From Anthoceros angustus (Eukaryota; Plantae; Anthocerotophyta): a stretch of DNA of 64,000 bases. Position 1 is the first letter of the stretch; each line of letters starts with the position of its first letter. The notes under the pieces were generated by a model. That model saw only the letters and a list, made by a program, of their open reading frames with translations. It was not told the DNA's origin and ran no database searches. Where the stretch lies: contig MU008159.1 in NCBI GenBank assembly GCA_010909165.1, positions 1,922,001-1,986,000 of the forward strand, given 5' to 3'. Shown piece by piece: positions 47,213 through 60,700 of the stretch. The position numbers were made by a program, and so were the translations under genes.

Positions 47213-49329
47213 AAGGCGCCACCCACACGGTTTCTACGAGCGTTGTTTCCTTGTGCACTTTCCTGCAAGCACGGTTTGAGTTTCTCAAATCACACACAAT
47301 TCTCCTTTGCGCTCAATTCGCTCACCTTCTCTTCCCACTCTTCATCCACCATGCTCGGTTTCTTCCCATGTCCTCCCCCCTACCATTTCCTCTAGCGCGC
47401 CGCTTCCACATCGAGTGCGTGTCCGCGCGAGAAGTGTCGGCTTGGACTTGACCACGTGCAGGAATGCTTGAACAGTTTCACTAACCGTGCTTTCTCTCTT
47501 CTTTGGAGCGTCCGCCATCTTGCGGTACCGAGTTCATTCACAACCTTCGTCCTCACGGTACCAGCGATTCTGCGTGCCTTGCCCTCGGCGAACAACGAGT
47601 CCCTCCCACGCTTCATGTGGTTTGCATGGCCTCCTTGACCATTTCACCCCATGCTTGTTTATCAAGGCTTTAACGGTGCATCGTTGTCCACCGCACTCCG
47701 CGGTACATCCTAGCACATCATCACGCGGTTAGAACACCACCCCTTGCGAAATTGATTCGCCATTCGAGATCAAGTGCACATGCGTCGGTCGGTATGTCCT
47801 CTGCGTGCCTTCCGATTCCACTTTCCCTTCTTGCAATCGCGCGCCCGGCCCTCGAAGGTTGCCTCCCTTGTCCCCATGCTTAAACACACCGGCATGCGGT
47901 GCTCTGTGTTACCCGTTTGTCCACCATGCCTCCTCGGCTGCAAACTTGAGCGTGTGCACTTTGCGGCATCACTTGCCGGCAAAGTGTGCATAATCTTCAA
48001 TGGGTTGAAGACCCGTGTTGTGGAACGCGGTGAATCCACATTACCCTCAATGTCGTTGTAGTCACGGGATTCGCTCCCAAGGGAATGGTTTGTGCCAAAA
48101 TATCTTCTATCACTGCAACCTTTGCCTAAGCACAGGGCCCGCTACCACTCCTTACCTATCTACTCAACTCGACTACCCCTGTCTTATCCAACTACCACGG
48201 ACCTAACTTCCGGCCAAATCGTTCCGACCCGTTGGAGCACTCACGGTTGCTACAACCAGTGGGTCCCACCAAACCCTAGCAACTCATCTCGGCGCGGCGC
48301 GCGGATCCATCACGGGCGGCCGCTGCTCACAGATCGGTGCACTCCACACTTCATGCACTCCGTTCCTAGAGACCAAAGTTCCTAGGATACCTCACCGCTC
48401 CTCACACACACACACACACACAAAGGCGCCACCCACACGGTTTCTACGAGCGTTGTTTCCTTGTGCACTTTCCACTGCAAGCGTTCGGTTCTCAAATCAC
48501 ACACACAATTCTCCATTTGCGCTCCAATTCGCTCACCTTCTCTTCCCCCTTACGATCTCACACCTCGCGCCAGCGTCTGACATTTGATCTCTCCTTCACC
48601 CGATCTCTTTTCTCTCTCTCCCTCCCTCAATTCGCCGGGCTTCCAACCATCCACTCAACACTCTCTCATTTGAACACAACTTCGGGATCAAGGTGAAGGA
48701 AGAAGAACCCGGGCGTCACGGCGGGCGTTACGAGCAAGCTCCGGACGCCCGCGCCAATCCCTTGGTTTCCTCCTCCTCGGCAAAATTGCTCCATCACCCT
48801 CCTCCCGTTGCGGAGCAAGCTCTCGACCACCCCTAGGGCGTCTCGCGCCACACCACCTCATCAATCGGACGTCTCCAACCAGCCACAGGCGTGGGGATCT
48901 CAACCGAGTTATCTGCGTGAGGGACCTAGTCGCCCCTCTTATACATCGGTGGGGCACCATGCCCGGATTTTAGGTCCTAAGATGGCTATCACGAAGGGCG
49001 CCCACAATTCGGGCGATCCTAGGTCGATCGACACCTAACCAAATTATCTTTAGGATGCTACCTCGCCCCTCGCTGTCTGCGCGCCCTACCTCGACTTGGC
49101 GTCGGCCTCATCCTCCATTCTGCCGCCACGAGCTCTCACCTTGCCTGGTCGGGGTTCTCCCACACTACTTCCACCTCACATCCTGCTGGGCGTCGAATTT
49201 GAGGTGTACTGCCAGGGCTTCCGCATCTTCGGCCGCCTATTCGAGGATTATTCGGTTCCTCGTCCACCCAAGCTGGACCTCCTCCTCGCTCAACTCCTCC
49301 AAAGTCGCCTCCATAATGGGGGAGCCCCA

Positions 49330-52300
49330 CACTCGGGCGGTGGTAGAAGTATGCACTTGGTCCTCACTTGCGATGGGTAGGCCACAGATCCCTCCTATTT
49401 CCACACGCACATGGGCGGTGAGGTTAAGCCGCGTTCTCCATTCACATATAGACCGGGAACATAAGTTTCCTCATCCATGTGCCGTAATATAATAGGACCC
49501 CCTGTGAGGTGCTTACCCCCTCCTCCGTAGGCTACACAGTTGCTGGCCATGTCCTCGCGCGCCCGTCGCACTGCCCGCCCTGCACCTTCCGGGTTGTTAA
49601 AATACCACTCTGCACGGTTTCGATCTGTCTGTTGCGATGACCTAAAGGAAAATAAAAAGATGCGGTGGCTCGGACCAATTACAAGATGAGATGGGGTCCT
49701 TATTCGCGTTCACGGATATCCGGCATACCGAACTTTACGCAACTCCTCATCATTCATACCCTATTCTTGTGAATGAAGTGGGCTTGAAATAAACTGCAGC
49801 ACATTGCCGACGTACCTTGTTGTTGCGTGTAAACGATCCGGACTCGGAAACTCCCCGAAATGTGTCAAGTGTTTTTGTTTTTGGTTAAGAGTGGTGTGAA
49901 AATAAGTCGTTAAGAGTGTGCTGCATTTATAGTAGAAATGACCTTGGCCTATGGGGTTTCTTGTTTTATTTCTTAGATTAGATAATAAGTGTTAGGAACT
50001 CAATGTTCCTTGGCCCATGGACTTGGGATGTCCACTAAAAGTCTATATATGTGAGGTAGGGGTTGGTATAATTAGGGTTTATGGTCTATGAGGTCTGACC
50101 CGAGCGGTAGTTGAAGGTGGGGTTGTGGATTGGGAGTGGGAGGCGGTCGTAGAGGTCGACCGCGGTAGAAGCCGGGAACTTAACCCTAGGAGGAAAATGT
50201 GAAGTCAGCGTTCAACGGCGGGCGTGGTGGAGCGTGAGCGGCGGAGGCCTTGAGGGCGTCGAGGCTGCATCCCGAGGGGACATTACGCGATCTGCGGGCG
50301 AGGCGCAACCACGAGGAGGGAGCTCAAACCCCCTCGTTAGTCGCAAACCCGGCTAGAAGGAAGGGCTGCGGCGGTTGGTGAGGAGGTAGGAACCGGAGGA
50401 CGCCACCAGGAATTTCGGCAGCATCAATTGGTGAGGCCGAGAGGCTCAGAGGATGGCGCCCAAAGTCACACTGAAATTGCTTGCCCAATGGCCAAACATG
50501 GATCATTGGAAAGTCAGTGGGAATTGGTGGAAGAGGCGGGGCTTGGCTTCATGGAGAAGAAATTGGGTCATGAACACAGGTGGTGCGGTGCTCATCGAAG
50601 GACAAGCAAGGGAGGGAATTAAATGAAGCCTCGAGATTGGGATCTGGAATTGGTTAGGAGGTGTATGGGCGCGCAGGGAGGAGGCGGTGGTTTGGTGATG
50701 GAACCTTCTCGGAAAAGGAGCCGCAGCCCGCCACAGTTAAGGCGGGCGTAATCAAGGAACAGTGGTGAGTTGCAGCACAGTTGATGGGTGGCGGATGGCT
50801 CCTATGTTTTCTATGAAGCGGGATTATTTGTCGACCACTTCTTCATTCCTCCATGAAGTTGTCAAGGCGAAAAATCGATTGAGGGGAATTCTCTTGACAA
50901 GTTGTGTGAAGAGAGGTTGAACTGATTTCTCCTACCTCGGCCCTCTAATTTCACCATTTCGGTCCATCTTTATGCATGCTAGCCAGTGAAATTGTGGCCT
51001 CCCTTCACATGTGGAAGCCGGTTAGGGAGGTGAAGTGGGCGGAGGAGCCCAAGGAGGAAATCAAGTTCAACCTCTCTTCACACAAGAGAATTCGAATCGA
51101 TCTTCGCCTTGACCACTTCATGAAGGAGCAGCAAGTGGTCGGACAAATAATCCGCTTCTTGTCTGCGAAACATAGGAGCCACGGCGGACCCCTCCTCAAA
51201 GATGGGAAGAGATTTTCAAGGGGACTCCACGGCCGTCGTTCGTTCGACAACCTTGGTAGGTGAGGTTGCTACCTCGGTTCTTTGCTTCCTTCGGTAGGTC
51301 CGCTACTCGTGGTCCTGCTACGCTTCCCCTTCCCTTTGTCTTTTACGGCCCGTGCCTCATCCGCTCCGTTTATCGCTCCGCTTATGGGCCTTTTCCACCG
51401 AGGCCTCCGCTCTGGGCTCGCAACAACTCCCCCATCTCTGGTTCGTCTCGTGGGCATCCTTAATTTGAGCCGACCACATCGCGATGATCCGCCCAAGCGG
51501 TTGTTAGATCAAGCGGCCTTAGCCTCTCACATGGCCTCAGCAAGGGCGGCGGAGGAAGTGGTGAAGGCCAGTTTGACTAAGAGGAGGCCAAGCGCAAGCA
51601 ACCGGAGGAAGACAAGCGGGCCTAGAGGAAATAAGGGCCAAGATTGAGGAGGATTTGCGAGCTCGGGAGGATTGCAGGCCATGTCGAGTCGGCGAGAGCG
51701 CTCATGGCTCAAATTAAGGATGCCCACGAGACAAACCCGGGAGATGCGGAGGTTGTTGCGAGCCCGGGAGCAAGGCGGCCTCTGAGAAGGCCCATAAGTG
51801 GCGGGCAGTATAAGCGGGAGGCGGGATGAGGCCGTGGCCGAGCCGAAAGGATAAGGGAAAGGCGGTGGCGAGACCACGGCGGTAGTGGAAGGAACTACCG
51901 AAGGAAGGAAGCGACAACCCTGTGTGAAACACCTACGAGTTCTTGAGCAGACGGCAGTCGTGGAGTCCACTCACAGTAGTGGAAGTCACACGACATTGCC
52001 CAACTCAACGCCATGAGCGGAGCGACAGGATGCGACGCGGCACCCCGCGAGGACATGGACCAAGCAACCGGTGTAGCCTACGGAGGAGGGTAAGCACCTC
52101 ACCACAGCAGGAGGTCCCTATGTTGCGGCACATGGATGAGGAAACTTATGTTCTGGTCTATATGTGAATGGGGGGCAGCGTGCTTAACTTCAGCATCCGT
52201 AGGTGTGCGTGTGGAAATAGGGGAATCGAGGGCTACCTCACCCAAAAGTGAGGACTCGAAGTGCATACTTTCACCTTTTTGATGCCGCCTTTCACCCCGG

Positions 52301-54065
52301 TCTTCCTCCTTTTCTGGTGGGAATTTCCTTCTCCTCCTCCAGGCACTGTCGGCTCCCGGCTATCCGATTTTTCCTCCTTGGGCTCCTCCGCCTTCCATTT
52401 CACCTCCCTAAGGCTTCCACATGTGGAGGCTACAATCTCCACCTCGGCGTTAAGCGTAAACATAAAGATGGACCCGGAAATGGTGAGATTAGAGAGAGGA
52501 GGAGGAAATCAAGTTCAACCTCTCTTCACACAACCGAGATTCGCTGTCGATCTTCGCCCCTTGACCACTTCATGAAGGAGCGGCAAGTGGTCGGACAAAT
52601 AATCACCTTCTTGTCTTTGCGAAACATAGGAAACCACTGGCGGACCCATCAAGCTGCTGTTGCCAAATCCCTCGTCAACCGGCCGTTGGGTTGTGATCGC
52701 CCGCTTTAACGGGCGGCTGCTGCTTCTTTGCCGTGCTTCTTTTCTGGGCGGCTCCATCACCAACCGCCTCCTCCTCCTTGCCGCCACCCTCTAACCACTC
52801 CGGTCCCAATCCTGCGGCTTCGCTCTAAATCCCCTTTGTTGTTTGTCCTTGGTGTACACCTCTGCACCGATCGAGTTCATGTAATTCCACCGCTCTTCCA
52901 TGAAACCCGGCTTTCCTTCCCGATTCGAACTTTCCAATGATCCATGTTCGGCCATTGGGCAAGCACAATTCGGTGGTGACCTTGGCGCCATCCCTCTCAC
53001 AGTCTTCTCGCGCGCCACAAAGCGCCACCTCGCTGCGAATTTCACGGAGGTCGGTCTCGAGTTCCTACCTCCTCGGCAAGGGCGCGGCCGGCGCCTTCCT
53101 CCTCTGCGTCGCGTCGCGATGAGGGTTGGGCTCCTTCCCTTCGTTGCGCCTCGCGCCTCCTGCGATCCGCAGGTGCCCCGGCTTCGTCGGCGCTCCGGCG
53201 TCGCGCTCGCTCCCGTCCGGCCGTTGCGCTCCGTTGTTTGAGCAGGATTACTGTCATTCCTAGGGTTAAGTTTCCCGGGTTCCCCTACTCTGTTCGACCT
53301 CTCATTGCTTTCCCACATCCCAATCACACTCATTCACTCGCTTCGTCAAATTGATAACTATATTATTCCTCTATCTCACATATATAGACTTTTTAGGGAA
53401 CATTAGTCCATGGGCCAAGGAACACCAAATTCCGGACCATTTATTTTCTAACCTAAAATAAAACAAAAGAACTCCATAGGCCAAGGACATTTCTTCTATA
53501 AATACCTCGCCTACTACAACCGACTTATTTTCACACCACACTCAAAAAAAAAAAACACTTCGGCAGCATTTCGTCGGATCGTTTACATACTCCCTTCTCA
53601 TTTGTTGGCGTCCTCGCCAACTTATATAATACTTCTTGACCCTCCACCCATTGACTCGGGTTGGTAGTGGAAGGAACCACCGGCGAAGGAAGCAAAGAAC
53701 CGAGGTAGCCGAAACACCTACCGTGGTTGTAATGAACCGGCCGTGGAGTCCACTCACAGTAGTGGAAGTCACACGACATTGCCCAACTCAACGCCATGAG
53801 CGGAGCGACAGGATGCGACGCGGCACCCCGCGAGGACATGGACCAGGCAACCAGGTGTAGCCTACGGGAGGAGGGGGTAAGCACCTCAGCTACAGCAGGA
53901 GGTCCCTATGTTGCGGCACATGGATGAGGAAACTTATGTTCTGGTCTATATGTGAATGGGGGGCAGCGTGCTTAACTTCAGCATCCGTAGGTGTGCGTGT
54001 GGAAATAGGGGAATCGAGGGCTACCTCACCCAAAAGTGAGGACTCGAAGTGCATACTTTCACCTT
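49330..54065. repeat. Diverged inverted repeat (49330-51062 vs 52365-54065) with nested ~200-bp inverted pair (51285-51475 vs 51705-51910); probable retrotransposon accessory/promoter region
   Basis: 49860-50060 is the reverse complement of 53370-53570; 49455-49540 of 53855-53955 and 52070-52170; each arm has back-to-back TATA-like boxes (tatatag / ctataaatac). Confidence 0.75.
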
Positions 54066-54749
54066 TTACCCGCTGCGCCCGAAAGGTGTGGGGGTTGGCC
54101 CCCTATTGTCTGGAGGCGAAACTTGCAAACTCATCAAGGTCCATGGGCATCGGAGGATACCCACGCCAGGCGTTGTAGCGAGCAAGGCGTGTGATGAGGC
54201 CGCTAAGGTTGGGCGGGTGTACATGTCCAAGGCTAATCCAAGGATGCTAATGAGGGGCGAGGAGAGGCATCAGCTGGAAAAAGATCGAGGCTGAAGTGGC
54301 CTCAGTTACTCTGATTGAAGTGCCGACGAAGCATGACATCGCGCTTGACTAGACACAGTGGACAAGGTGGCAGAGTGCAGGCGTCGATCTACAAACAAGA
54401 GGGAAGTCATCCGCACAAAGTTCTCCAATTGCACCGACGGCTAGGTGTGCTAAACAACCACTTGCAAAGGGTGAAGAAGAAGGCGGGCACCGATTCTTAG
54501 GGCGAATGATCGGGAAGAGGACACAGGTTCTATGCTGCTACGCCTCGACTCCGGCTGATCTCTGAAGTGTGGTGGACAACAATCGAGTGGGAGTCACGCA
54601 CATGTCTGAGGCCGGGCAATGGGAGGCTGGCCAAGATGTCCATGAGATAGCAAGCTGCCGATTAGAGCAAGGAAGGACAAACATGGGGCAGTAGGAACAA
54701 AATCCATTTGAGGTTTGGGGCGGTGGGAATTTCAAACTCAATAGGCATT

Positions 54750-57700
54750 AGGAGAATGGCCGTAGGTGAGGTAGTCGGTGTTTGTTGCGTTGTTATTTTC
54801 TGCGATCCTGTATGCCCGGGCGCGGAGTGAAGCTTAAGATCCCGATCGTCGCATTCCACGTTAGCTTGTTGAGGATCACAGAGCCCATTCGCCTTTTCCG
54901 TTAAGCCATTTGCCTTGGGATTATAAGGAGTCGTTTTCTGTGGCGACGTTGAAGTAGATCGTCATATGAGATATAACCGTTGGAAATGTGACCCTCTCGA
55001 CAAGCTCAAGGGACAACCATATCGGTGATAATATGTTCATAGAGGAACACAGCCACTACATGAGGCTGTGTCTACAGGCTTCCACCATACGCGTGCAATA
55101 GTCTGTACGAGGATGTATTGGTTTTGTCGCGTCTCGTTTTGGTGTATGGGACCAACAAATCTATTCCCCATTTCTCGAATGGCGCGGCCAATATCGGAAC
55201 CATTGGCCATTGAGTGGTTGCGACGGTTTCCCAACCCTCGGCGGGCATCGCGTTTAACAAACTCCTAGCATCACGATGCATGGTTTGCCACCAATACCCG
55301 TTTCAAGCACCTTCTTGCACGTGATATGTGCAAAATGTCCTCCGCTTCCCCTCGTGCATCTCCGTCGGACTCGGATAACTTTGCTCCTTGTTACCCATAA
55401 CTCCGTCCATCCGGTCCGATTGTGATTGTCTTTGCGTCGTACAAGCGGGCGAATAGTGCCTGCGCCTGCTGGGGTTTGAAAGATCCGATGGTATTTTCCC
55501 GTTCCGAATTCCATCATCTCCTCGTGGGTGGGCCTTGTGTATCCGTTCTCCCTTCTCATTTCTGCCGAGCCACCATTTACCCTCGCCTTATGGTTCGTGC
55601 CTTCCCCTCTAACTCATCATGACAGCTTCATCGGGAAAATCGTCGTTTTGGTCTGGGTCATGTCGTGATGTGGTGTCTGAGCGATATACCATGTCTTTGG
55701 CTAACCTAAACGCTTCCACGATTTTTAAGTTACCTTTGGACAATCGAGGTGGAGGTGGGCGAGGGAACGCAATGTACACATGTCGTGTTGTCCTTCAAGA
55801 TCTTGAGAATAGTAGTGGTGGCCAGAAACACAGGTGGCGACTTCGTTGTGACACATGGACTCATGGAGAGTCTAACCCTTGCAGCATCATATTGCGGTGG
55901 AAATAGAGCTTCCATCAAAGCGGAGGAGAGAGGAACAATAGGTAAGTGCCTACCTTACGGTATCCAACTCGGGGCTTGCCCGCTGGAAAGTCACCGGGCT
56001 TTGGTGGTTCTCCCCGTTTCATCTGTTGACAACGGAAACTTGTGCATACGAATGGCCGTAGGTGAGGTAGTCGGTGTTTGTTGCGTTGTTATTTTCTGCG
56101 ATCCTGTATGCGCGGAGTGAAGCTTAAGATCCCGATCGTGCGTATTCCACCGTTAGCTTGTTGAGGATCACAGAGCCCATTCGCCTTTTCCGTTAAGCCA
56201 TTTGCCTTGGGATTATAAGTCGTTTTCTGTGGCGAGCGTTGAAGTAGATCGTCATATGAGATATAACCGTTGGAAATGTGACCCTCTGTCATTGACAAGC
56301 TCAAGGGACAACCATATCGGTGATAATATGTTCATAGAGGAACATGGCCACTACATGGTATGTCTACATGGTCACAGGCTTCCACCATCTGGTGCAATAG
56401 TCGGTGTACGAGGATGTATTGGTTTTGTCGGCGTCTCGTTTTGGTATGGGACCAACAAAATCTATTCCCCATTTCTGAGGCCGGGCAATGGGAGGCTGGC
56501 CAAGATGTCCATGAGATAGCAAGCTGCCGATTAGAGCAAGGAAGGACAAACATGGGGCAGTAGGAACAAAATCCATTTGAGGTTTGGGGCGGTGGGACAG
56601 GACTTCGCTTGATCTGCGATTAGAGGACATGTGGCCAAGAACCATCCGTCTTGGAGAGTGCGGTGGGCTAAGCAAAGCTTGATGCAGACGGAGCACTGGC
56701 TGCCAAGTATCTGGGCTGCCGCGGAGGGAAGCGGCGTGAGGAAAATCTTTGTTAGTTGAAGCTTCCAAATTTGGTCTGTAACCTCCTCTGTTTCAGCCTC
56801 GAAATGTAATCTGCATTCACATGTTTACTACCTCCTCTGGTCTCCACCGTGAGCGTGAATTCTTGCGGAGTAGGATCCATCTTGCTATGCGTCCGACAAG
56901 TCGGTTTGTTTACGGTGTTTGAGGCGAAGTGGTCCACATGGAAGGCGAACTCGTGGGATAGCAAATAGTGGCCGAAACTTGCGAGTACACCATCCCAGCG
57001 CCTCCTCTCGGTGGTGGTATACTTCTTCTGCGTCGTGTGCCTCCTGCATAATAGATTGGATAATCGTGCTTCTTGTCATCCCTTTGGCTTAGAATGGTAC
57101 CGATTGCATAGGCGAAACGTCTACAAACACGTGGAACTTCTTGCTCGATCCGGTCCCGCGTGGGTCTTTGTGATCGGTGGTGGTGAAGATCATTGAAGGC
57201 CTCCTCTCGTTTTCGTCCATTCCACTCCCGGTCCCACGATTACGTAGCGGGCTGCCCTTACGGAAAAATTCTTCACAAACCTTGATAATAGCCATTCCGA
57301 GGAATCCCTAAGCTCCTTGATGTGGTGTCTGAGCGATATACCATGTCTTTGGCTAACCTAAACGCTTCCACGATTTTTAAGTTACCTTTGGACAATCGAG
57401 GTGGAGGTGGGCGAGGGAACGCAATGTACACATGTCGTGTTGTCCTTCAAGATCTTGAGAATAGTAGTGGTGGCCAGAAACACAGGTGGCGACTTCGTTG
57501 TGACACATGGACTCATGGAGAGTCTAACCCTTGCAGCATCATATTGCGGTGGAAATAGAGCTTCCATCAAAGCGGAGGAGAGAGGAACAATAGGTAAGTG
57601 CCTACCTTACGGTATCCAACTCGGGGCTTGCCCGCTGGAAAGTCACCGGGCTTTGGTGGTTCTCCCCGTTTCATCTGTTGACAACGGAAACTTGTGCATA

Positions 57701-60700
57701 CGAATGGCCGTAGGTGAGGTAGTCGGTGTTTGTTGCGTTGTTATTTTCTGCGATCCTGTATGCGCGGAGTGAAGCTTAAGATCCCGATCGTGCGTATTCC
57801 ACCGTTAGCTTGTTGAGGATCACAGAGCCCATTCGCCTTTTCCGTTAAGCCATTTGCCTTGGGATTATAAGTCGTTTTCTGTGGCGAGCGTTGAAGTAGA
57901 TCGTATGAGATATAACCGTTGGAAATGTGACCCTCTGTCATTGACAAGCTCAAGGGACAACCATATCGGTGATAATATGTTCATAGAGGAACATGGCCAC
58001 TACATGGTATGTCTACATGGTCACAGGCTTCCACCATCTGGTGCAATAGTCGGTGTACGAGGATGTATTGGTTTTGTCGGCGTCTCGTTTTGGTATGGGA
58101 CCAACAAAATCTATTCCCCATTTCTCGAATGGCGGGGGCCAATATCGGAACCATTGGCCATTGAGTGGTTGCGACGGTTTCCCAACCCTCGGCGGGCATC
58201 GCGTTTAACAAACTCCTAGCATCACGATGCATGGTTTGCCACCAATACCCGTTTCAAGCACCTTCTTGCAGTGTGCAAGCACCGATGGATGCTCGAAGGC
58301 AGCGGGATGTCGGTGGCTCGATAATGCACGAGAGGCGAATGGCGCCGGGGCCAATATCGGAACCATTGGCCATTGAGTGGTTGCGACGGTTTCCCAACCC
58401 TCGGCGGGCATCGCGTTTAACAAACTCCTAGCATCACGATGCATGGTTTGCCACCAATACCCGTTTCAAGCACCTTCTTGCACGTGATATGTGCGCAAAA
58501 TGTCCTCCGCTTCCCCTCGTGCATCTCGTACTCGGATAACTGCTCCTTGTTACCCATAACTGTCCGCCCCGGTCCCGATTACTGATTGTCTTTGCGTCGT
58601 ACAAGCGGACGCGAATAGTGCCTGCGCTGCCTGGGGTTTGAAAGATCCGGTGGTATTTTCCCGTTCCGAATTCCATCATCTCCTCGTGGGTGGGCCTTGT
58701 GTATCCGTTCTCCCTTCTCATTTCTGCCGAGCCACCATTTACCCTCGCCTTATGGTTCGGTTGCGCCCCTCTAACTCGCCATGAACAGCTTCATCGGGAA
58801 AATCGTCGTTTTGGTCTGTAACCTCCTCTGTTTCAGCCTCGAAATGTAATCTGCATTCACATGTTTACTACCTCCTCTGGTCTCCACCGTGAGCGTGAAT
58901 TCTTGCGGAGTAGGATCCATCTTGCTATGCGTCCGACAAGTCGGTTTGTTTACGGTGTTTGAGGCGAAGTGGTCCACATGGAAGGCGAACTCGTGGGATA
59001 GCAAATAGTGGCCGAAACTTGCGAGTACACCATCCCAGCGCCTCCTCTCGGTGGTGGTATACTTCTTCTGCGTCGTGTGCCTCCTGCATAATAGATTGGA
59101 TAATCGTGCTTCTTGTCATCCCTTTGGCTTAGAATGGTACCGATTGCATAGGCGAAACGTCTACAAACACGTGGAACTTCTTGCTCGATCCGGTCCCGCG
59201 TGGGTCTTTGTGATCGGTGGTGGTGAAGATCATTGAAGGCCTCCTCTCGTTTTCGTCCATTCCACTCCCGGTCCCACGATTACGTAGCGGGCTGCCCTTA
59301 CGGAAAAATTCTTCACAAACCTTGATAATAGCCATTCCGAGGAATCCCTAAGCTCCTTGATGTGGTAGGTGGCTTGAGTAATGATTTTGACCTTATCCGG
59401 TCGACCTCTATCCCCGCAATCGGTGCCCCAACAAAATACCCTCGGCATGCGAAATAACATTTCTCGGGATGTAGACACAATTGTCATTGACACCGTTCGG
59501 ACATTTGCGAAGGTGGTTGAGGTGATCTTTGCGCTCAAACACGAAGTCATCCAGAAGACCTCCATGAAGCGCAGATGTCATTGGCACTCCACCCGAGGAT
59601 AACGAGGCCTTGCGGTCCGGGAAGCAGAGGAACTTGTAGGGGCATGGGATGGCCCGGGAACCCGGCCGCTAGCGGAACTGACATGCCTTGAAAGCGAAAG
59701 GAATCGCACCAAGGAAGGCCAGGAAGATGAAGAAGCGGCCGTAACTAGGACATTTTGAGGCGAAGTGGTCCACATGGAAGGCGAACTCGTGGGATAGCAA
59801 ATAGTGGCGAAACTTGCAACAGTACACCATCCCAGCGCCTCCCTCTCGGTGGTGGTATACTTCTTTTCGTCGTGTGCCTCACATAATAGATTGGATAATC
59901 GTGCTTCTTGTCATCCCTTTGGCTTAGAATGGTACCGATTGCATAGGCGAAAGCGTCTACAAACACGTGGAACTTCTTGCTCGATCGGCCCCGGCGTGTC
60001 TTGTGATCGGTGGTCGAAGATCATTGAAGGCCTCCTCTCGTTTTCGTCCATTCCACTCCTGGTCCTTGCGAGCGATTACGTAGCGGGCCCCTTACGGAAA
60101 AATTCTTCACAAACCTTCGATAATAGCCTACCATTCCGAGGAATCCCTAAGCTCCTTGATGTGGTAGGTGGCTTGAGGCGGTAATGATTTTGACCTTATC
60201 AAGATTCGACCTCTATCGCAATCGGTGCCCCAACAAAATACCCTCGGCATGCGAAATAACATTTCTCGGGATGTAGACACAATTGGGTCTTGACCGTTCG
60301 GACATTTGCGAAGGTGGTTGAGGTGATCTTTCGCTCCAAACACGAAGTCATCCAGAAGACCTCCATGAAGTCCCTAAGGTATTCCTTGAAAATCTTGACA
60401 AGTCGCATGAAGGATCACGGTGCCCTGTTAATCCGAGCGCACTCCGTTTGTAGGCATAGGTTCCCGATGTAGTGAAGGCATTGGGCCAATCACTCTCCAC
60501 GAGATCGGTGATTATACCGAATACCCATCCGAGCAGGTAGACCATTCTCCCTGCAACTAAGTCCGATGTTGTCTATGAATGGAAGCGGGTAATGGTCTTG
60601 GTACACTCGCTGATGAAAGAGAGGTCCACTGTATGGCCCTACTCAACTTTGGTTGATCCCGCAATAGCCGAATGGATTTTTGGACATGGGAGGTGAGGAG

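Larger units (their letters stand above)
41180..48600 (-). mobile_element. EnSpm/CACTA-like DNA transposon (terminus at 41180) with internal duplications
   Basis: CCCTACTAGAAA terminus followed by about 12 TGTTRCA/TGYAACA subterminal motifs in both orientations (41200-41440); TnpA-like peptide on - strand; duplications 41375-43085/43086-44800, ~430-bp units 44400-45660, 46100-47335/47336-48545. Confidence 0.65.
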
